Positions 38,049 to 50,030 are shown, counted from the stretch's first letter. The stretch is 64,000 nt of DNA from an uncultured Chloroflexia bacterium (GCA_963813535.1 CAWEZH010000002.1:1536001-1600000), one strand, 5' to 3'. The notes: generated by a model from the sequence alone, not told the origin. Numbers and translations: made by a program.

Positions 38049-38215
38049 TCGGTCACCCGGTGACCGAACGGGCGGTCAAGCGCTCGCCGCTGGCTCGATC
38101 CCGCTGGTTCGTTCGACGGTTCGGTCACGGGTTGACCAAGACGGTGCCTATACCTCAGCCGGAGGGTCGTCGGGTCCCGTTCGTTCGTCCATTCGGTCAC
38201 CCGGTGACGCGCCGG
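38049..38215. repeat. Second 72-bp-period repeat-spacer array (same repeat family as 6881-7119, distinct spacers)
   Basis: Partial repeat 38049-38071; repeats at 38107 (GTTCGTTCGACGGTTCGGTCACGGGTTGACC) and 38179 (GTTCGTTCGTCCATTCGGTCACCCGGTGAC); unrelated 35-bp spacers at 38072-38106 and 38144-38178. Confidence 0.85.
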
Positions 38216-38600
38216 CCGCCGAGCGACTCTCATCCTCGAGCTCGCCGACGGTCTTGCTGCCGCTCGCCATCGGTCGGCGGCGGCTGCGACGGTCGGCCGC
38301 CACCAATCGAAGCAGGAAGATGATCGTCTGGCCGGTCGTCAGCAGGAGCCCGATCACGACGAACAGCAGGATGGCGCTGACCGCCTCCGGCCAATGCCAC
38401 ATCGCGCTCAGTGGCGTCAGGACGATGAAGATCGCCAGCACGATGAGCTGGAACCGGAAGCAGCCGAGGCCGGGGCCGCGTTCAGCCTCGAGGTCGGCGC
38501 CTTTGTACTGGACGGGCCCCGTCGAGCGGGGCGGCCGTGGCGGCGTCGGGTCGGCGTCCGGGCCTGTCGGCGGGTCGGCGCTGGATTCGGGTCCGGTCAC
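38148..38600 (-). CDS. Small two-TM membrane protein
   Basis: Two hydrophobic helices after GPGLGCF; TATCGT -10 before GTG 38600; 3' end runs into the repeat array. Confidence 0.7.
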   Translation of the reverse strand: MTGPESSADPPTGPDADPTPPRPPRSTGPVQYKGADLEAERGPGLGCFRFQLIVLAIFIVLTPLSAMWHWPEAVSAILLFVVIGLLLTTGQTIIFLLRLVAADRRSRRRPMASGSKTVGELEDESRSAAGASPGDRMDERTGPDDPPAEV

Positions 38601-38626
38601 GAGCCGGAACGATACGGGAGGTCGCG

Positions 38627-39154
38627 TCAGGCTGTCGGCGGGTCGATGGCCAGGCCCTCGACGACCTCGACGCGCTGCAGCGCCGACAGGATCGACGGCG
38701 CCGCCAGCACCTTCCACGACCGCGATCCGCCGCCGAGGATGATGCGCTCCCGCCGCATCACTCGGCCGTCGACCCAGATCGGCAATCCGGCGGGCAGCCC
38801 GAACACGGTGACGCCGCCGATCTCCATGCCGGTGATGTCGCGGGTCGATTCGGCCGGAGCGAAGGACGCCTTTCGTGTCCCGAGGCGGTCGCGAACCGTT
38901 CGGTTCACGTCGAGCCGGTTCGGCGCGAGCACCACGCAGGCGGCATAGCGAGGCGGATCGCCCTTGCCGATGACGACGATCGTGTTCGCCGAATCCTCGG
39001 GCTCGAAGCCGTACGCGGCGCAGAACGCGGCCGTGTCAGCGAGGGCCGGGTCACACGGAAAGAGCTCGTAGTCGACGCCCAGCGCGTCGAGCGTGGCCAC
39101 CAGCCGCTCCCGGCCTTCGGGGTCGTGGCTGGTCGGGTCGATCTCGTCGGACAT
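38627..39154 (-). CDS. YbaK/EbsC-family aminoacyl-tRNA editing domain protein
   Basis: DP.LADTA.FC..YG....SAN, ITGM.IGGVT.FGLP, GGGSR..K. Confidence 0.88.
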   Translation of the reverse strand: MSDEIDPTSHDPEGRERLVATLDALGVDYELFPCDPALADTAAFCAAYGFEPEDSANTIVVIGKGDPPRYAACVVLAPNRLDVNRTVRDRLGTRKASFAPAESTRDITGMEIGGVTVFGLPAGLPIWVDGRVMRRERIILGGGSRSWKVLAAPSILSALQRVEVVEGLAIDPPTA

Positions 39155-39187
39155 GGCCCGAAGCGTAGTCGGTACCATCGACCCCGG

Positions 39188-40815
39188 ATGGCCGACCGAA
39201 CGACGCTCCAGTCCCCGACCGCACCGATGGACATCGACGCGTACCTAGAGCGTTTTGACTGGCACCCGGAGCCGGAGCTGATCGGCTACCGCGACGAGGC
39301 AGCGTCGCGGGCGGCGCTCGCATCGCTCGGGCAGCGGACGTGGCACGAGGCATTGGAATTCCTGTACGGCATCGCGACCGAGCGCGCGATGGGCGATCCA
39401 TCGACGTACGCCGAAGCCCGCCGACGGTATTACGCATCCGATCCAGCCGGCCCTCGGGATGGTCCTGGCCCGGCCCCGTCGGCGCCCATGCGCGCGACCG
39501 ACGTCGTCGACGAGTTCTCCGCCCGCCTGTCGCGCGGCCTGATGAATGCCCAGCACCCGCGCCAGTTCGGGTACTTCACGCCACCCCCGCTACCGATGTC
39601 GATCATGGGCGAGCTGCTCGCACAGATGACCAACCAGGGCGTCGACGTGTGGCATGCCGGTCCCTTCGCCGCCTTCGCCGAGGAAGAGGTCGTGTGCTGG
39701 CTGTGCGACCTGGTGGGCTACGGGCCGGACGGCTTCGGGCTCCTCACCAGCGGCGGCGTGATGGCCAATTTCATGGGGATGACGCTGGCGCGCGACCTGC
39801 GTCTCGGTCGCATCCGCGACCTGCCGGGGCCGCCGCGCGGGAAGGATCTCGAGGGCGCCCGGGTCTATACCAGCGACCAGACGCATTTCTCGATCGCGCG
39901 GGCGCTCGATGAGCTCGGGTTCCCGCCCCAGACGCTGGTCGTCCTCCCATCCGACGACGACTTCCACCTGCGTGGGGCCCCGGTCGCTGATGCCGTGACC
40001 CGCGACCGAGCGGCCGGTCTGACGCCATACGCCATCGCGGCTGTCGCGGGCTCGACCAACACGGGTTCGGTCGACGCCGTCGGCGAGCTGGCCGACGTGG
40101 CCGGGGCGGAGGGCCTGTGGCTGCACGTCGATGCGGCATACGGCGGCGGCGCACGGCTGACGGAACGGGACCGGGATCGCGTCCCGGACCTCGACCGCGC
40201 CGACTCGGTGACCGTCGACCCCCACAAGTGGTTCTTCCAGGCCTACGACATCGGCGGTCTGCTCGTCCGCGACCGCAGGACGTTGAGTGCCGTCTTCGGC
40301 GGTCGCGCGCCGGAGTACTACCGGGGTGGCGAAACGCCGGGCAGTGGCGTGCCCGACTACCTCCGCGACGGCGAGCACGACCCGTCGCACGACGACCAGC
40401 TCAACTTCTACAAGCTGTCGTTCGAGGGGACACGGCGCTGGCGTGCGCTGAAGCTGTGGATGACCTGGAAGCATCTGGGGACGCCGGGCTTCGGCCGGTT
40501 GATCGAGGCCAACGACGATCTCGCCGCGTACCTGGCCAGCCTGCTGCGCCGAGGCGGACGACTTCGAGGCCATACCCGAGAAGCCCGAGTTGTCGGTGGT
40601 CTGTTTCCGGCATGTGCCGGCGGGGCTCGATGGGCGAGGCACTCGACGCCCACCAGGATCGGCTGCAGGCGGCGCTCGAGCTCTCCGGCGACGGCTGGCT
40701 GACGACGACCCGCCTACGCGGCGCGACGTGGCTCCGCGCCGGGATCGTCAACTACCTCTCGACCGAGGCCGACATCGACCGGCTGCTCGACACCCTGCGT
40801 CGACTCGCCGTCTAG
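39188..40815 (+). CDS. Group II PLP-dependent amino-acid decarboxylase; frameshifts near 40541 and 40633
   Basis: HPR.FGYF, TSGG..AN, HFSI, AGSTNTGSVD, LHVDAAYGG, DSVTVDPHKW; the C-terminus (LSVVCFRH...WLR..IVNY) is in other frames. Confidence 0.88.
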
Positions 40816-41903
40816 GCCCGAGGCGACTCCAGGGGCGCGGGGCGGTCGCAGCGCGACGCCACCGACTCCGCCTGCCCCGACGTGGTCGCCCGCTCGATCG
40901 CCAGCAGGACGTCGAGCACATGGAACGCGAGCTCGCCACTCGCGCGATGCGGCCGACCCGAGCGGATGCCGGCGATCAGGTCGGCCAGCCCGATGCCACG
41001 GCCCACCGTGCCGTCGAACCGGAGTGGCACGTCCTCCCAGCGGCCGGCGCCGAGCGGGCGGTAGCGCACCGCCCCGTCGAACCGATTCGGGTCGCCGAGG
41101 ATCAGCGACCCGGCCGTCCCGTGGATCTCGAAATGCGGTGCCTCGCTCGCGACGACGTCGAATGACGCGGTGAGGCCGCCCACGGCGCCTGAGGCGAAGT
41201 CGAGGGTCGCGAGGACCGTCGTCGGAACCTCCGCCGCGACCGTCGAGCCGGCCAGGGGCCCGGACCCGATCTGCCTTTCCGACCCGACGCCACGCCCGAT
41301 CGCCGCCACCGACGCGATCGGGCCCAGCAACGACACGAGCGCCGTCACGTAATACGGCCCGACATCCAGCAACGGCCCGCCACCGCTCGCGTAGAAGATA
41401 CCGGGGTTGGGATGCCACGACTCCGGCCCGAGGTGGGCCACCGACGCTGTGGCCGCGAGCGGCGTCCCGATCGCCCCTTCATCGATGAGCGCCCGCGCCG
41501 TCTGCAACCCGCCGCCGAGGAACGTGTCCGGCGCGGCGCCGACGCGGACGCGGACGCCACGCGCCTCTTCGAGGACCGTCCGCGCATCGTCGAGATCGGT
41601 CGCGAGCGGCTTCTCCGAGTACACGTGCTTCCCGGCCGCGATCGCTGCCCGTGAGACCGCCACGTGCGCGACCGGTGGCGTCAGCACGAGGACGACCTCG
41701 ATCGACGGATCCTCGATGAGCTGTTCCGGCGAAACGGCCGGGAACCCGCCGACCGCCGACAGCGCCGCGGCTCGCCCGCTATCGAGGTCGGCGCACGCCG
41801 CGAGCTCGATCGAGGCGAATGACGCACAACCGGGCAGGTACAGACTCGTCACGTCGCCGCAGCCGACGATCCCGACCCGGGCCGGCGGCGCGTCGGTGAT
41901 CAC
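40812..41903 (-). CDS. Gfo/Idh/MocA-family oxidoreductase
   Basis: VGIVGCG, AGKHVYSEKPLA, APDTFLG, WHPNP..FY..GGGPL.DVGPYY. Confidence 0.92.
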   Translation of the reverse strand: MITDAPPARVGIVGCGDVTSLYLPGCASFASIELAACADLDSGRAAALSAVGGFPAVSPEQLIEDPSIEVVLVLTPPVAHVAVSRAAIAAGKHVYSEKPLATDLDDARTVLEEARGVRVRVGAAPDTFLGGGLQTARALIDEGAIGTPLAATASVAHLGPESWHPNPGIFYASGGGPLLDVGPYYVTALVSLLGPIASVAAIGRGVGSERQIGSGPLAGSTVAAEVPTTVLATLDFASGAVGGLTASFDVVASEAPHFEIHGTAGSLILGDPNRFDGAVRYRPLGAGRWEDVPLRFDGTVGRGIGLADLIAGIRSGRPHRASGELAFHVLDVLLAIERATTSGQAESVASRCDRPAPLESPRA

Positions 41904-42718
41904 GAGGGCCGCGCGCGGCCGAGCCCTCGCCCGACCAGGTTCGCGACGCTCTCGCGCACGCCGTCGATCGGCGCGCCGTCGATATGGTCGAACTCGACGA
42001 TCAGCCACTCGACGGACCCGGCGGCCTGCGCGGCCTCGATCGATGCAGCAGGATCCACGACGCCGCTGCCTACGGGCACGTTCACGAACGTCGCGTCGTC
42101 GTACGCCGATGCAGGCAGGTCTGTGCCGTCCTTGATGTGCAACGACACCACCCGCCGACCCAGACCGGTGATGATCTCGGCCGGGTCGGCGCCCCCGACG
42201 ACGGCCCAGAAGATGTCGACCTGGAAATCGACCGCATCGCCGAGACCGGCCGCCAACCGATCGATGACGCGCGCGCCGTCGACCGGCGCCATCTCCCGGT
42301 CGTGGTTGTGCAGCCCGAGCCGCAGTCCATGGTCGGCGGCCACCCGCGCCGCGCCCCCGAGCCGATCGATCAGCGACGCGACCGCGTCGAGCGTGTCGCT
42401 CACCCGTGGACTGACGATGATCCGGCCCGCCCCGAGCTCGGCGATCGACCCGGCCGCCCGGCCGAACGCGTCGGCATCATCGATGTCCGCCCAGCTGTGG
42501 GCACTCGTCACGGCCAGGCCGAGGTCGTCCAGCACGCGCCGAGCCGCGGCGGGGTCGCCGCCGGGTACGTCGACCGTCTCGACACCGAGCACGCCCGCCT
42601 CGGCGATGGAACCGAGCGTCGCCGGGTCGAGCCCGAGACCCGCCCCGCCGAAGCGTGCGGGATCGCGGAAGGTGTAGAGCTGGACGCCGAGCGGGAGCGG
42701 CCTCGACGCCTCAGCCAC
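41900..42718 (-). CDS. Sugar phosphate isomerase/epimerase (xylose-isomerase-like TIM barrel)
   Basis: GVQLYT.R, HNH..E, QVD.FW...GG, LHIKDG, PVG.G, IVEFD. Confidence 0.9.
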   Translation of the reverse strand: MAEASRPLPLGVQLYTFRDPARFGGAGLGLDPATLGSIAEAGVLGVETVDVPGGDPAAARRVLDDLGLAVTSAHSWADIDDADAFGRAAGSIAELGAGRIIVSPRVSDTLDAVASLIDRLGGAARVAADHGLRLGLHNHDREMAPVDGARVIDRLAAGLGDAVDFQVDIFWAVVGGADPAEIITGLGRRVVSLHIKDGTDLPASAYDDATFVNVPVGSGVVDPAASIEAAQAAGSVEWLIVEFDHIDGAPIDGVRESVANLVGRGLGRARPS

Positions 42719-43115
42719 GCCCGTGCAGCAACCCGCCGACGTGCTCGAGCAGCTTCCAGGCGACCTCCGCGTCGCCCTTCACGAACGCTCGGAAATCCCA
42801 GAAGGTCATCACGAGCGTGCGCAGGTCGGTGGTCGCCGTCACGGTCGCCGTCCGAACTCGATCGCTGATCAGCGCGACCTCGCCGAAGTAGCTTCCCGGA
42901 CCGACCTTGTCGACCTCCTTTCCGCCGACGGTCACGACCCCCTCGCCTTCGACGACGACGAAGAAGCCCATGCCGTGGCTATCGCCCTCCCGGACGACCT
43001 CGCTGCCGGCTGGGAACGTGCGTTCAGAGAAATCACGGGCAAGGCGTTCCAGATCCTTCTTGTCAAGGCTGGAGAGCAGCGGGACCTTGGCCAGCAGCTC
43101 GGTGGTCTCGGACAT
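42711..43115 (-). CDS. Stand-alone cyclic-nucleotide-binding domain protein
   Basis: VVREGD....FFVV.EG, GPGSYFGEVAL....RTATV. Confidence 0.92.
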   Translation of the reverse strand: MSETTELLAKVPLLSSLDKKDLERLARDFSERTFPAGSEVVREGDSHGMGFFVVVEGEGVVTVGGKEVDKVGPGSYFGEVALISDRVRTATVTATTDLRTLVMTFWDFRAFVKGDAEVAWKLLEHVGGLLHGRG

Positions 43116-43142
43116 GACGGTCTCCAGTGCTGTCGCCGACTA

Positions 43143-44468
43143 TCAGCGCGAACTATCACCGTTCCGCGTTCGCGCGGCGAGCCGGTCCTGCAGGCGGAAC
43201 CACTCCCCGGCGAACGGCATGAACCATGGCCGCCCCTCGTAGGGCGCCGGAACCAACGGGAAACGCAGGCGCGTGAGTGCCGGCGCCTCGCCGCCGGAAA
43301 GCCATGACCCGACCTTGGTGCCGAGGTTCGTCATCAGCGCGACGCCGGTCCCGCAGCAGCCCATCGCGTAGGTCACGCCATCGTTCGTCCGGCCGACGTG
43401 CGGCATCCGGTCGAACGTGAAGCCCACGTTGCCACCCCAGGCGTACTCGATCCGGTGATCGGCCATCTGCGGATGGACCTCGATCAGCCCGCGCCACAGG
43501 ATCTCGGCGGTCCGGTCGATGGTGGTCGGCATGAACGACGCGCGACCGCCGAACACCATCCGCCGGTCCGCTGACACATGCCAGTAGTAGAGGAAGTTCT
43601 TCGTGTCGAAGAATGCCCGGCCCTTCGGCGACAGCTCGCGCGCGAGGGCGTCGGGCAGCGGCTCGGACGCGATGATGTACGAGCCGATCGGGATGATCCG
43701 GCGGCGGAGCGATGGGACGACGCCGTCGGTATAGCCGTTCGTCGCGACGAACACGTCGCGGGCGCGGATGTCGCCCCGCTCCGTCGCCACGACGAAGGCA
43801 CCGTCCCGGCGCCGTATCGAGCGCGCCCTGACACCCTCGTGCAGATCGGCACCGGCCGTGTCGGCGGCGGCGGCCAGCCCCGCGAAGTAGCGACCCGGGT
43901 GGAGCAGTCCGCTGCCCTCGACGGCAAGCGCCCCGAAATAGGCGTCACTCCCGATCTCTTCCCGGATCCGATCGCGGGGCACGACCGTCGAGCTGACGCC
44001 GACCGATGCGAGGCTCTCGCGCGCATGCTCGAGCTCGGGCGCGTGCGCCGGGGCATAGGCGAGCTCGAGATGGCCGACCTCGCGGAAGTCGCAATCGATC
44101 GCCTCCTCGACGATCAACCGCTTCACGAGCTCGTACGAGTCGAGCGTCTCCTGATAGAGCGACTTGCCGGTCTCCGGTCCGTAGCGCTTGATGAGCTGGC
44201 GGGCGCTCCACTTGTAGCCGCCATGGACGATGCCACCGTTCCGTGTCGACGCACCCCAACCGAGGGTACGTGCCTCCAGCAGCGTGACCCCCACTCCCCG
44301 GCGTGCGAGCTCTCGCGCGGCGGTGATCCCGGCATAGCCCCCGCCGACGACCACGACATCGGTACTCGCCGGGAGCGGCCGCCCAGAGCGATCGGGCAGC
44401 GCCGCCATCGACGCCTGCCAGAACGGACGGCGCTCGAAGTCGTCGTTGAGTGGTGGTGTGGCCGCCAT
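43143..44468 (-). CDS. FAD-dependent oxidoreductase (DAO family, PuuB-like)
   Basis: VVGGGYAG, GWGASTRNGG, LHP, ATNGY, FGGR, W.G...FT.DRMPH.G, GCCG.GV. Confidence 0.9.
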   Translation of the reverse strand: MAATPPLNDDFERRPFWQASMAALPDRSGRPLPASTDVVVVGGGYAGITAARELARRGVGVTLLEARTLGWGASTRNGGIVHGGYKWSARQLIKRYGPETGKSLYQETLDSYELVKRLIVEEAIDCDFREVGHLELAYAPAHAPELEHARESLASVGVSSTVVPRDRIREEIGSDAYFGALAVEGSGLLHPGRYFAGLAAAADTAGADLHEGVRARSIRRRDGAFVVATERGDIRARDVFVATNGYTDGVVPSLRRRIIPIGSYIIASEPLPDALARELSPKGRAFFDTKNFLYYWHVSADRRMVFGGRASFMPTTIDRTAEILWRGLIEVHPQMADHRIEYAWGGNVGFTFDRMPHVGRTNDGVTYAMGCCGTGVALMTNLGTKVGSWLSGGEAPALTRLRFPLVPAPYEGRPWFMPFAGEWFRLQDRLAARTRNGDSSR

Positions 44469-44535
44469 CGCCGCGAGCGTACCGGAGCCGTTCGTCCGTC
44501 ACCGCGGCACCGCGCACGCGCGACGCCCGGCGGCG

Positions 44536-45912
44536 TCAGGTTCGGATGAGCGCCGGAGCCTCGTACGCGACCCTTCCGGCCGCCATCGTCAACAGGACTC
44601 GGCCCGACAACTGCATCCCGAGCAGTGGCGAGTTCTTGCCCTTGGACGCGAGCGCCTCGGTCGTCACCGTCCAGCGCTCGGATCGGTCGAAGATCACGAG
44701 ATCGGCCGGCTCGCCCTCGACCAGCTCGCGACGACGACCGATCACCGACGCCGGACCGACCGTGAGCGCCCTGATCGCCTGTGCGAGTGTCAGGCGGCCG
44801 GCGTCCACCGCGGCGAGCACCAGGCCGAGTGCCGTTTCGATGCCGCTGATCCCGCTCGACGCGAGGCCGAACTCGACCGCCTTGTCGACCTCCGTGTGCG
44901 GGGCGTGGTCGGTGGCGATCGCGTCCGCCGTTCCGTCGGCGAGGGCGGCGATGCACGCGAGGGCGTCGATCGGCGTGCGCACCGGCGGATTGACCCGTAG
45001 CGACGTCCCGTACGGGGCCGCGACGATCGCCCCGTCCCCCCACGGATCGCCCTCGGGCCCCGCATCCCACGAGAAGCGCCGCGCCCCGGCGACCCACTCG
45101 TCGCTCAGTGCGAGGTGATGCGGCGTGACATCGCACGACACGGGGAGCCCGGTGGTCTTGGCGCGGCGCACGAGTTCCAGCGAGCCGGCCGTCGAGATAT
45201 GCGTCAGGTGCAAGCGTGCGCGTGGCACGTCGCGGACGACGTCGGCGAGGATCGCCACGTCCCGAGCGACCGCCGTCTCCTCGGCCGAGGCCGGCCAGCC
45301 GCGGAGACCCAGCACGGTCGCCACGAGGCCGTCGTTCGCCTCGGCCCCGTCGGTCTGGGTCGCATCCTCAGCATGATCGACGATGGGCAGCCCGAACGCC
45401 CCCGCGTATGCCAGCGCGTTGCGCAGGATGCCCGCGGTTCGGACGGGCGCCCCATCGTCCGAGTAGCCGACCACGCCGGCATCGGCCAGCTCGCCCAGGG
45501 CGGCGAGGGTCTCGCCCGCCCGCCCGGTGCTGACCGCGCCGTAGGCCAGCAGTTCGACCGGCGAGCCGGACGCCTCGGCAGCGGCTCGGACCGCCGCCAG
45601 GACACCGGGCTCATCGAGCGCGGGCGTCGTGTTGGGCATGGCACAGACCGTCGTGAACCCGCCATGTGCCGCGGCCGCCAGCCCGCTCGCCACGGTCTCG
45701 GCATCCTCGTTGCCTGGCTCCCGGAGGTGGGCGTGCAGGTCGAGGAACCCCGGCGCGACGACGACGCCGCCCGAATCGACCTCTGCCGCGTCGTCACCCT
45801 CCAACCAGGTGATCGCCTCGAGGACCCCGTCACGGACGACGATTTCGGCAGGACCCTCCCTGCCGCCGGCCGGGTCGACCACCCAGACGCGGCTCAGGTC
45901 GAGATCGGTCAT
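44536..45912 (-). CDS. pyrC: Dihydroorotase
   Basis: PGFLDLHAHLREPG, AAHGGFTTVCAMPNT, SDDG, DVTPHHL, ATDHAPH, SKGKNSP. Confidence 0.95.
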   Translation of the reverse strand: MTDLDLSRVWVVDPAGGREGPAEIVVRDGVLEAITWLEGDDAAEVDSGGVVVAPGFLDLHAHLREPGNEDAETVASGLAAAAHGGFTTVCAMPNTTPALDEPGVLAAVRAAAEASGSPVELLAYGAVSTGRAGETLAALGELADAGVVGYSDDGAPVRTAGILRNALAYAGAFGLPIVDHAEDATQTDGAEANDGLVATVLGLRGWPASAEETAVARDVAILADVVRDVPRARLHLTHISTAGSLELVRRAKTTGLPVSCDVTPHHLALSDEWVAGARRFSWDAGPEGDPWGDGAIVAAPYGTSLRVNPPVRTPIDALACIAALADGTADAIATDHAPHTEVDKAVEFGLASSGISGIETALGLVLAAVDAGRLTLAQAIRALTVGPASVIGRRRELVEGEPADLVIFDRSERWTVTTEALASKGKNSPLLGMQLSGRVLLTMAAGRVAYEAPALIRT

Positions 45913-45916
45913 CGCC

Positions 45917-47605
<1,689 letters not shown>

Positions 47606-47646
47606 CCGCGGCCCACGCCCCGAGCGGGAGCGTCGCTCAGTGAGCG

Positions 47647-48204
47647 TCAGTAGACGTGAACGGTGACCTTCGTCACGCCGCTCCAGGAGGGGCAGCCACA
47701 GATCGCGAAGAAGTCCGGGCGATAGAGGTCGACGATGCGCTCCGGAGCCTGCGGCCCGTAATCGGTCACCACCCGCTCGACGCAGCCGCCGTCGCCACAG
47801 ATGACGACGACCGTTCCCCGCGGGAGGCGCATCGCGGTCGTCCCGTGGTCGTAGAAGGTCGCCTCGCCCGTGATCGAGTACTTCGGTGGCTTGCGGGCGG
47901 ACGCAGCCGCGCTCTCGGGCTGATCCACGTTGACGCGGTCGGCCGGTCCACTCTCAGGTGCCTCGCCCGGTTCGAAGAACGTCGTCTCGGCGTCGACGAT
48001 GCCACCCGATCGATCGGCACGGTCAAGCCCCGCGATCATGATCGGCGATCGCGAGTCGGACGCGGGGATCGAATACGGCTGGAACGCTCCGGCGGGGACT
48101 GGTTCCACCGCGCTGGGGACGCGGGAACCGGCCAGACCCGGTAGCGATACCAGGGCGAGGGCGGTGCTGATCACCGACCCTACGACCAACCATCTTGGTC
48201 GCAC
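47647..48204 (-). CDS. Secreted protein with C-terminal RlpA-like/DPBB domain
   Basis: Signal peptide; G.ATFY...A.RLPRGT.V..C....C....V.DYGP....RIVDL. Confidence 0.7.
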   Translation of the reverse strand: MRPRWLVVGSVISTALALVSLPGLAGSRVPSAVEPVPAGAFQPYSIPASDSRSPIMIAGLDRADRSGGIVDAETTFFEPGEAPESGPADRVNVDQPESAAASARKPPKYSITGEATFYDHGTTAMRLPRGTVVVICGDGGCVERVVTDYGPQAPERIVDLYRPDFFAICGCPSWSGVTKVTVHVY

Positions 48205-48272
48205 GATAGGGCGGGAACGATACGACGCCCGGGGGCCTTATGCCAACCCCGTCGACCCGATGGGACCGCAGA

Positions 48273-50030
48273 TCAGCGGATGACGACGGGATCCTCGCCT
48301 GGACTGCTCTCGACGATGCCGACGTCGGTCTTGGACCACGCGGCGATCTGGACGCGGCTCCCCTCGCCGCCCTGACCGCGCGGCGTCGCCCAGGCCAGGC
48401 GGCCGTCGCCGATCGAGAAACCGGGCAATGCCGGCACATCGTCCGGGGCGCCGTCGACGTGCTCGAGGCGCGTCTGCTCCCGGTCGACGTGGAACAGCGT
48501 CAGCCGGCCGACCACCGGATCGTCCCGGTCGGCCAGCCACACGGCGACCCACTCACCGGTCTCGTCCCAGCGGACATCGAAGTCGCCCGGCGCGGCGTCG
48601 GTCACGACGCGGGACAGGTCGGCGCCGTCCGCCGGACCGGGGCCTTCGGCAGACCACGTCCGAAGCTCGAGTGCACCGTCCGCGGGCGCCCAGGTCGCCC
48701 CGTCCCTGGCCCGGGTCAGCCGCCCGTCCCAGACGATCGCCAACTCGCTGGTGGGGTCGACGGCCGGCCGCCAGACGTAGCCTGCGTCCGTCTCGTCACC
48801 GCTCGCCGGGTCGATCGAGACGCTCATCGCATCCGGCTCCGCGGTCGACGCATCGTCGGGTCGACTGACGATGAGCCTGTCGCCGGCCCACGAGGCGAAG
48901 TACGAGTCGCCATCGTCGGTGATGGCCTGTGCCTTCTCGTCCCCGACCCGCCAGGTGTAGACGTCCGTTCCCTCGGAGGCATCCGCCAGGCGTGCCGTGA
49001 AGGCGAACCAGTTGCCGTCGGGCGAGAACGCCGCCGATTCCCCGACGACCTGGATGCCGCTTGCGATGGCGAGCACCGCGGCGGCCGTCTCGGTCGGCGT
49101 CGCACTCGGCTCGATCGAGGCGACCGGCGACTCCGCCGGAGCGCTCGGGACTGCGGCAGTGTCGGTCGGCTCCGCGGACGACGATGCCGCGGCACTTGGC
49201 GGCGGCTCGGACGTTGCCTCGGCTGTGGGGACTGCAGACGCCGACGCCGCAGCGCTCGCGTTGGCGGCCGGCGTGGGTCGTGCGGTGCGTTCGGGCAGGG
49301 CGACGACGACGACCTCATCGCCGGCATCGGCGGTCCTGGAGATGGCGATCGCCTGGCGCTGGGTGGGCGAACCGACGATCGACTTCGGCGTGTTGTCGAG
49401 CGCCAGGAGTCGGCGGTCGGCATCGCGCACGGCCGGGCAATCCGCCGCGCCGTCGGATGGGCACACCTCGTCCACCGCAACGCGGTAGTAGCGACTGTCC
49501 CGTCCGTCGATCCAGCCGACGTCGCCGACGTTGGGGACGACGATCGGGGTGGGCTGGACCGGGGTCGGCTGGGTGGGCGCCGCCGATACGTCACTCGATC
49601 CTTCGCTCCCTGGCTGCCCCTCGCCTGTCACGCCGCCCTGGTAGACGGGGATGCTCCCGGACATCAGGCTGACGCCGACCACGATGGCGACGACGGTCAG
49701 CCCGGACAGGGCGCCGACCGGAAGGCTCCGCAGGCCCCTTCGGGAAGCAGTCGCCCCGGATCCGGCCTCGATCGCGGCGGCCGTGCGTGCCCACATGTCG
49801 CGGGGCGGTTCCGGTGCCGATTCGCGGAGAGCACGGAGCGCGAGACGATCATCGTCGTAGCTCGAGGCGATCGCGGAACACGACGTGCAGCCGGCGAGGT
49901 GCTCGTCGAGCCACGCCGACTCACTCGGCGCCAGGACCATGTCCATCCGCTCCGCGAGCCGAGTCTTGGCACGTTCGTGCGCGTCGGAGCGATCATCGGG
50001 CCGGCGCCGCAACCGGGAGAACCGGCTCAC
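48273..50030 (-). CDS. Zinc-binding anti-sigma factor (HxxxCxxC) with TM and extracellular TolB-like propeller
   Basis: LDEHLAGCTSC, TM helix, FSPDG.WFAFT; coupled to the ECF sigma gene. Confidence 0.85.
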   Translation of the reverse strand: MSRFSRLRRRPDDRSDAHERAKTRLAERMDMVLAPSESAWLDEHLAGCTSCSAIASSYDDDRLALRALRESAPEPPRDMWARTAAAIEAGSGATASRRGLRSLPVGALSGLTVVAIVVGVSLMSGSIPVYQGGVTGEGQPGSEGSSDVSAAPTQPTPVQPTPIVVPNVGDVGWIDGRDSRYYRVAVDEVCPSDGAADCPAVRDADRRLLALDNTPKSIVGSPTQRQAIAISRTADAGDEVVVVALPERTARPTPAANASAAASASAVPTAEATSEPPPSAAASSSAEPTDTAAVPSAPAESPVASIEPSATPTETAAAVLAIASGIQVVGESAAFSPDGNWFAFTARLADASEGTDVYTWRVGDEKAQAITDDGDSYFASWAGDRLIVSRPDDASTAEPDAMSVSIDPASGDETDAGYVWRPAVDPTSELAIVWDGRLTRARDGATWAPADGALELRTWSAEGPGPADGADLSRVVTDAAPGDFDVRWDETGEWVAVWLADRDDPVVGRLTLFHVDREQTRLEHVDGAPDDVPALPGFSIGDGRLAWATPRGQGGEGSRVQIAAWSKTDVGIVESSPGEDPVVIR

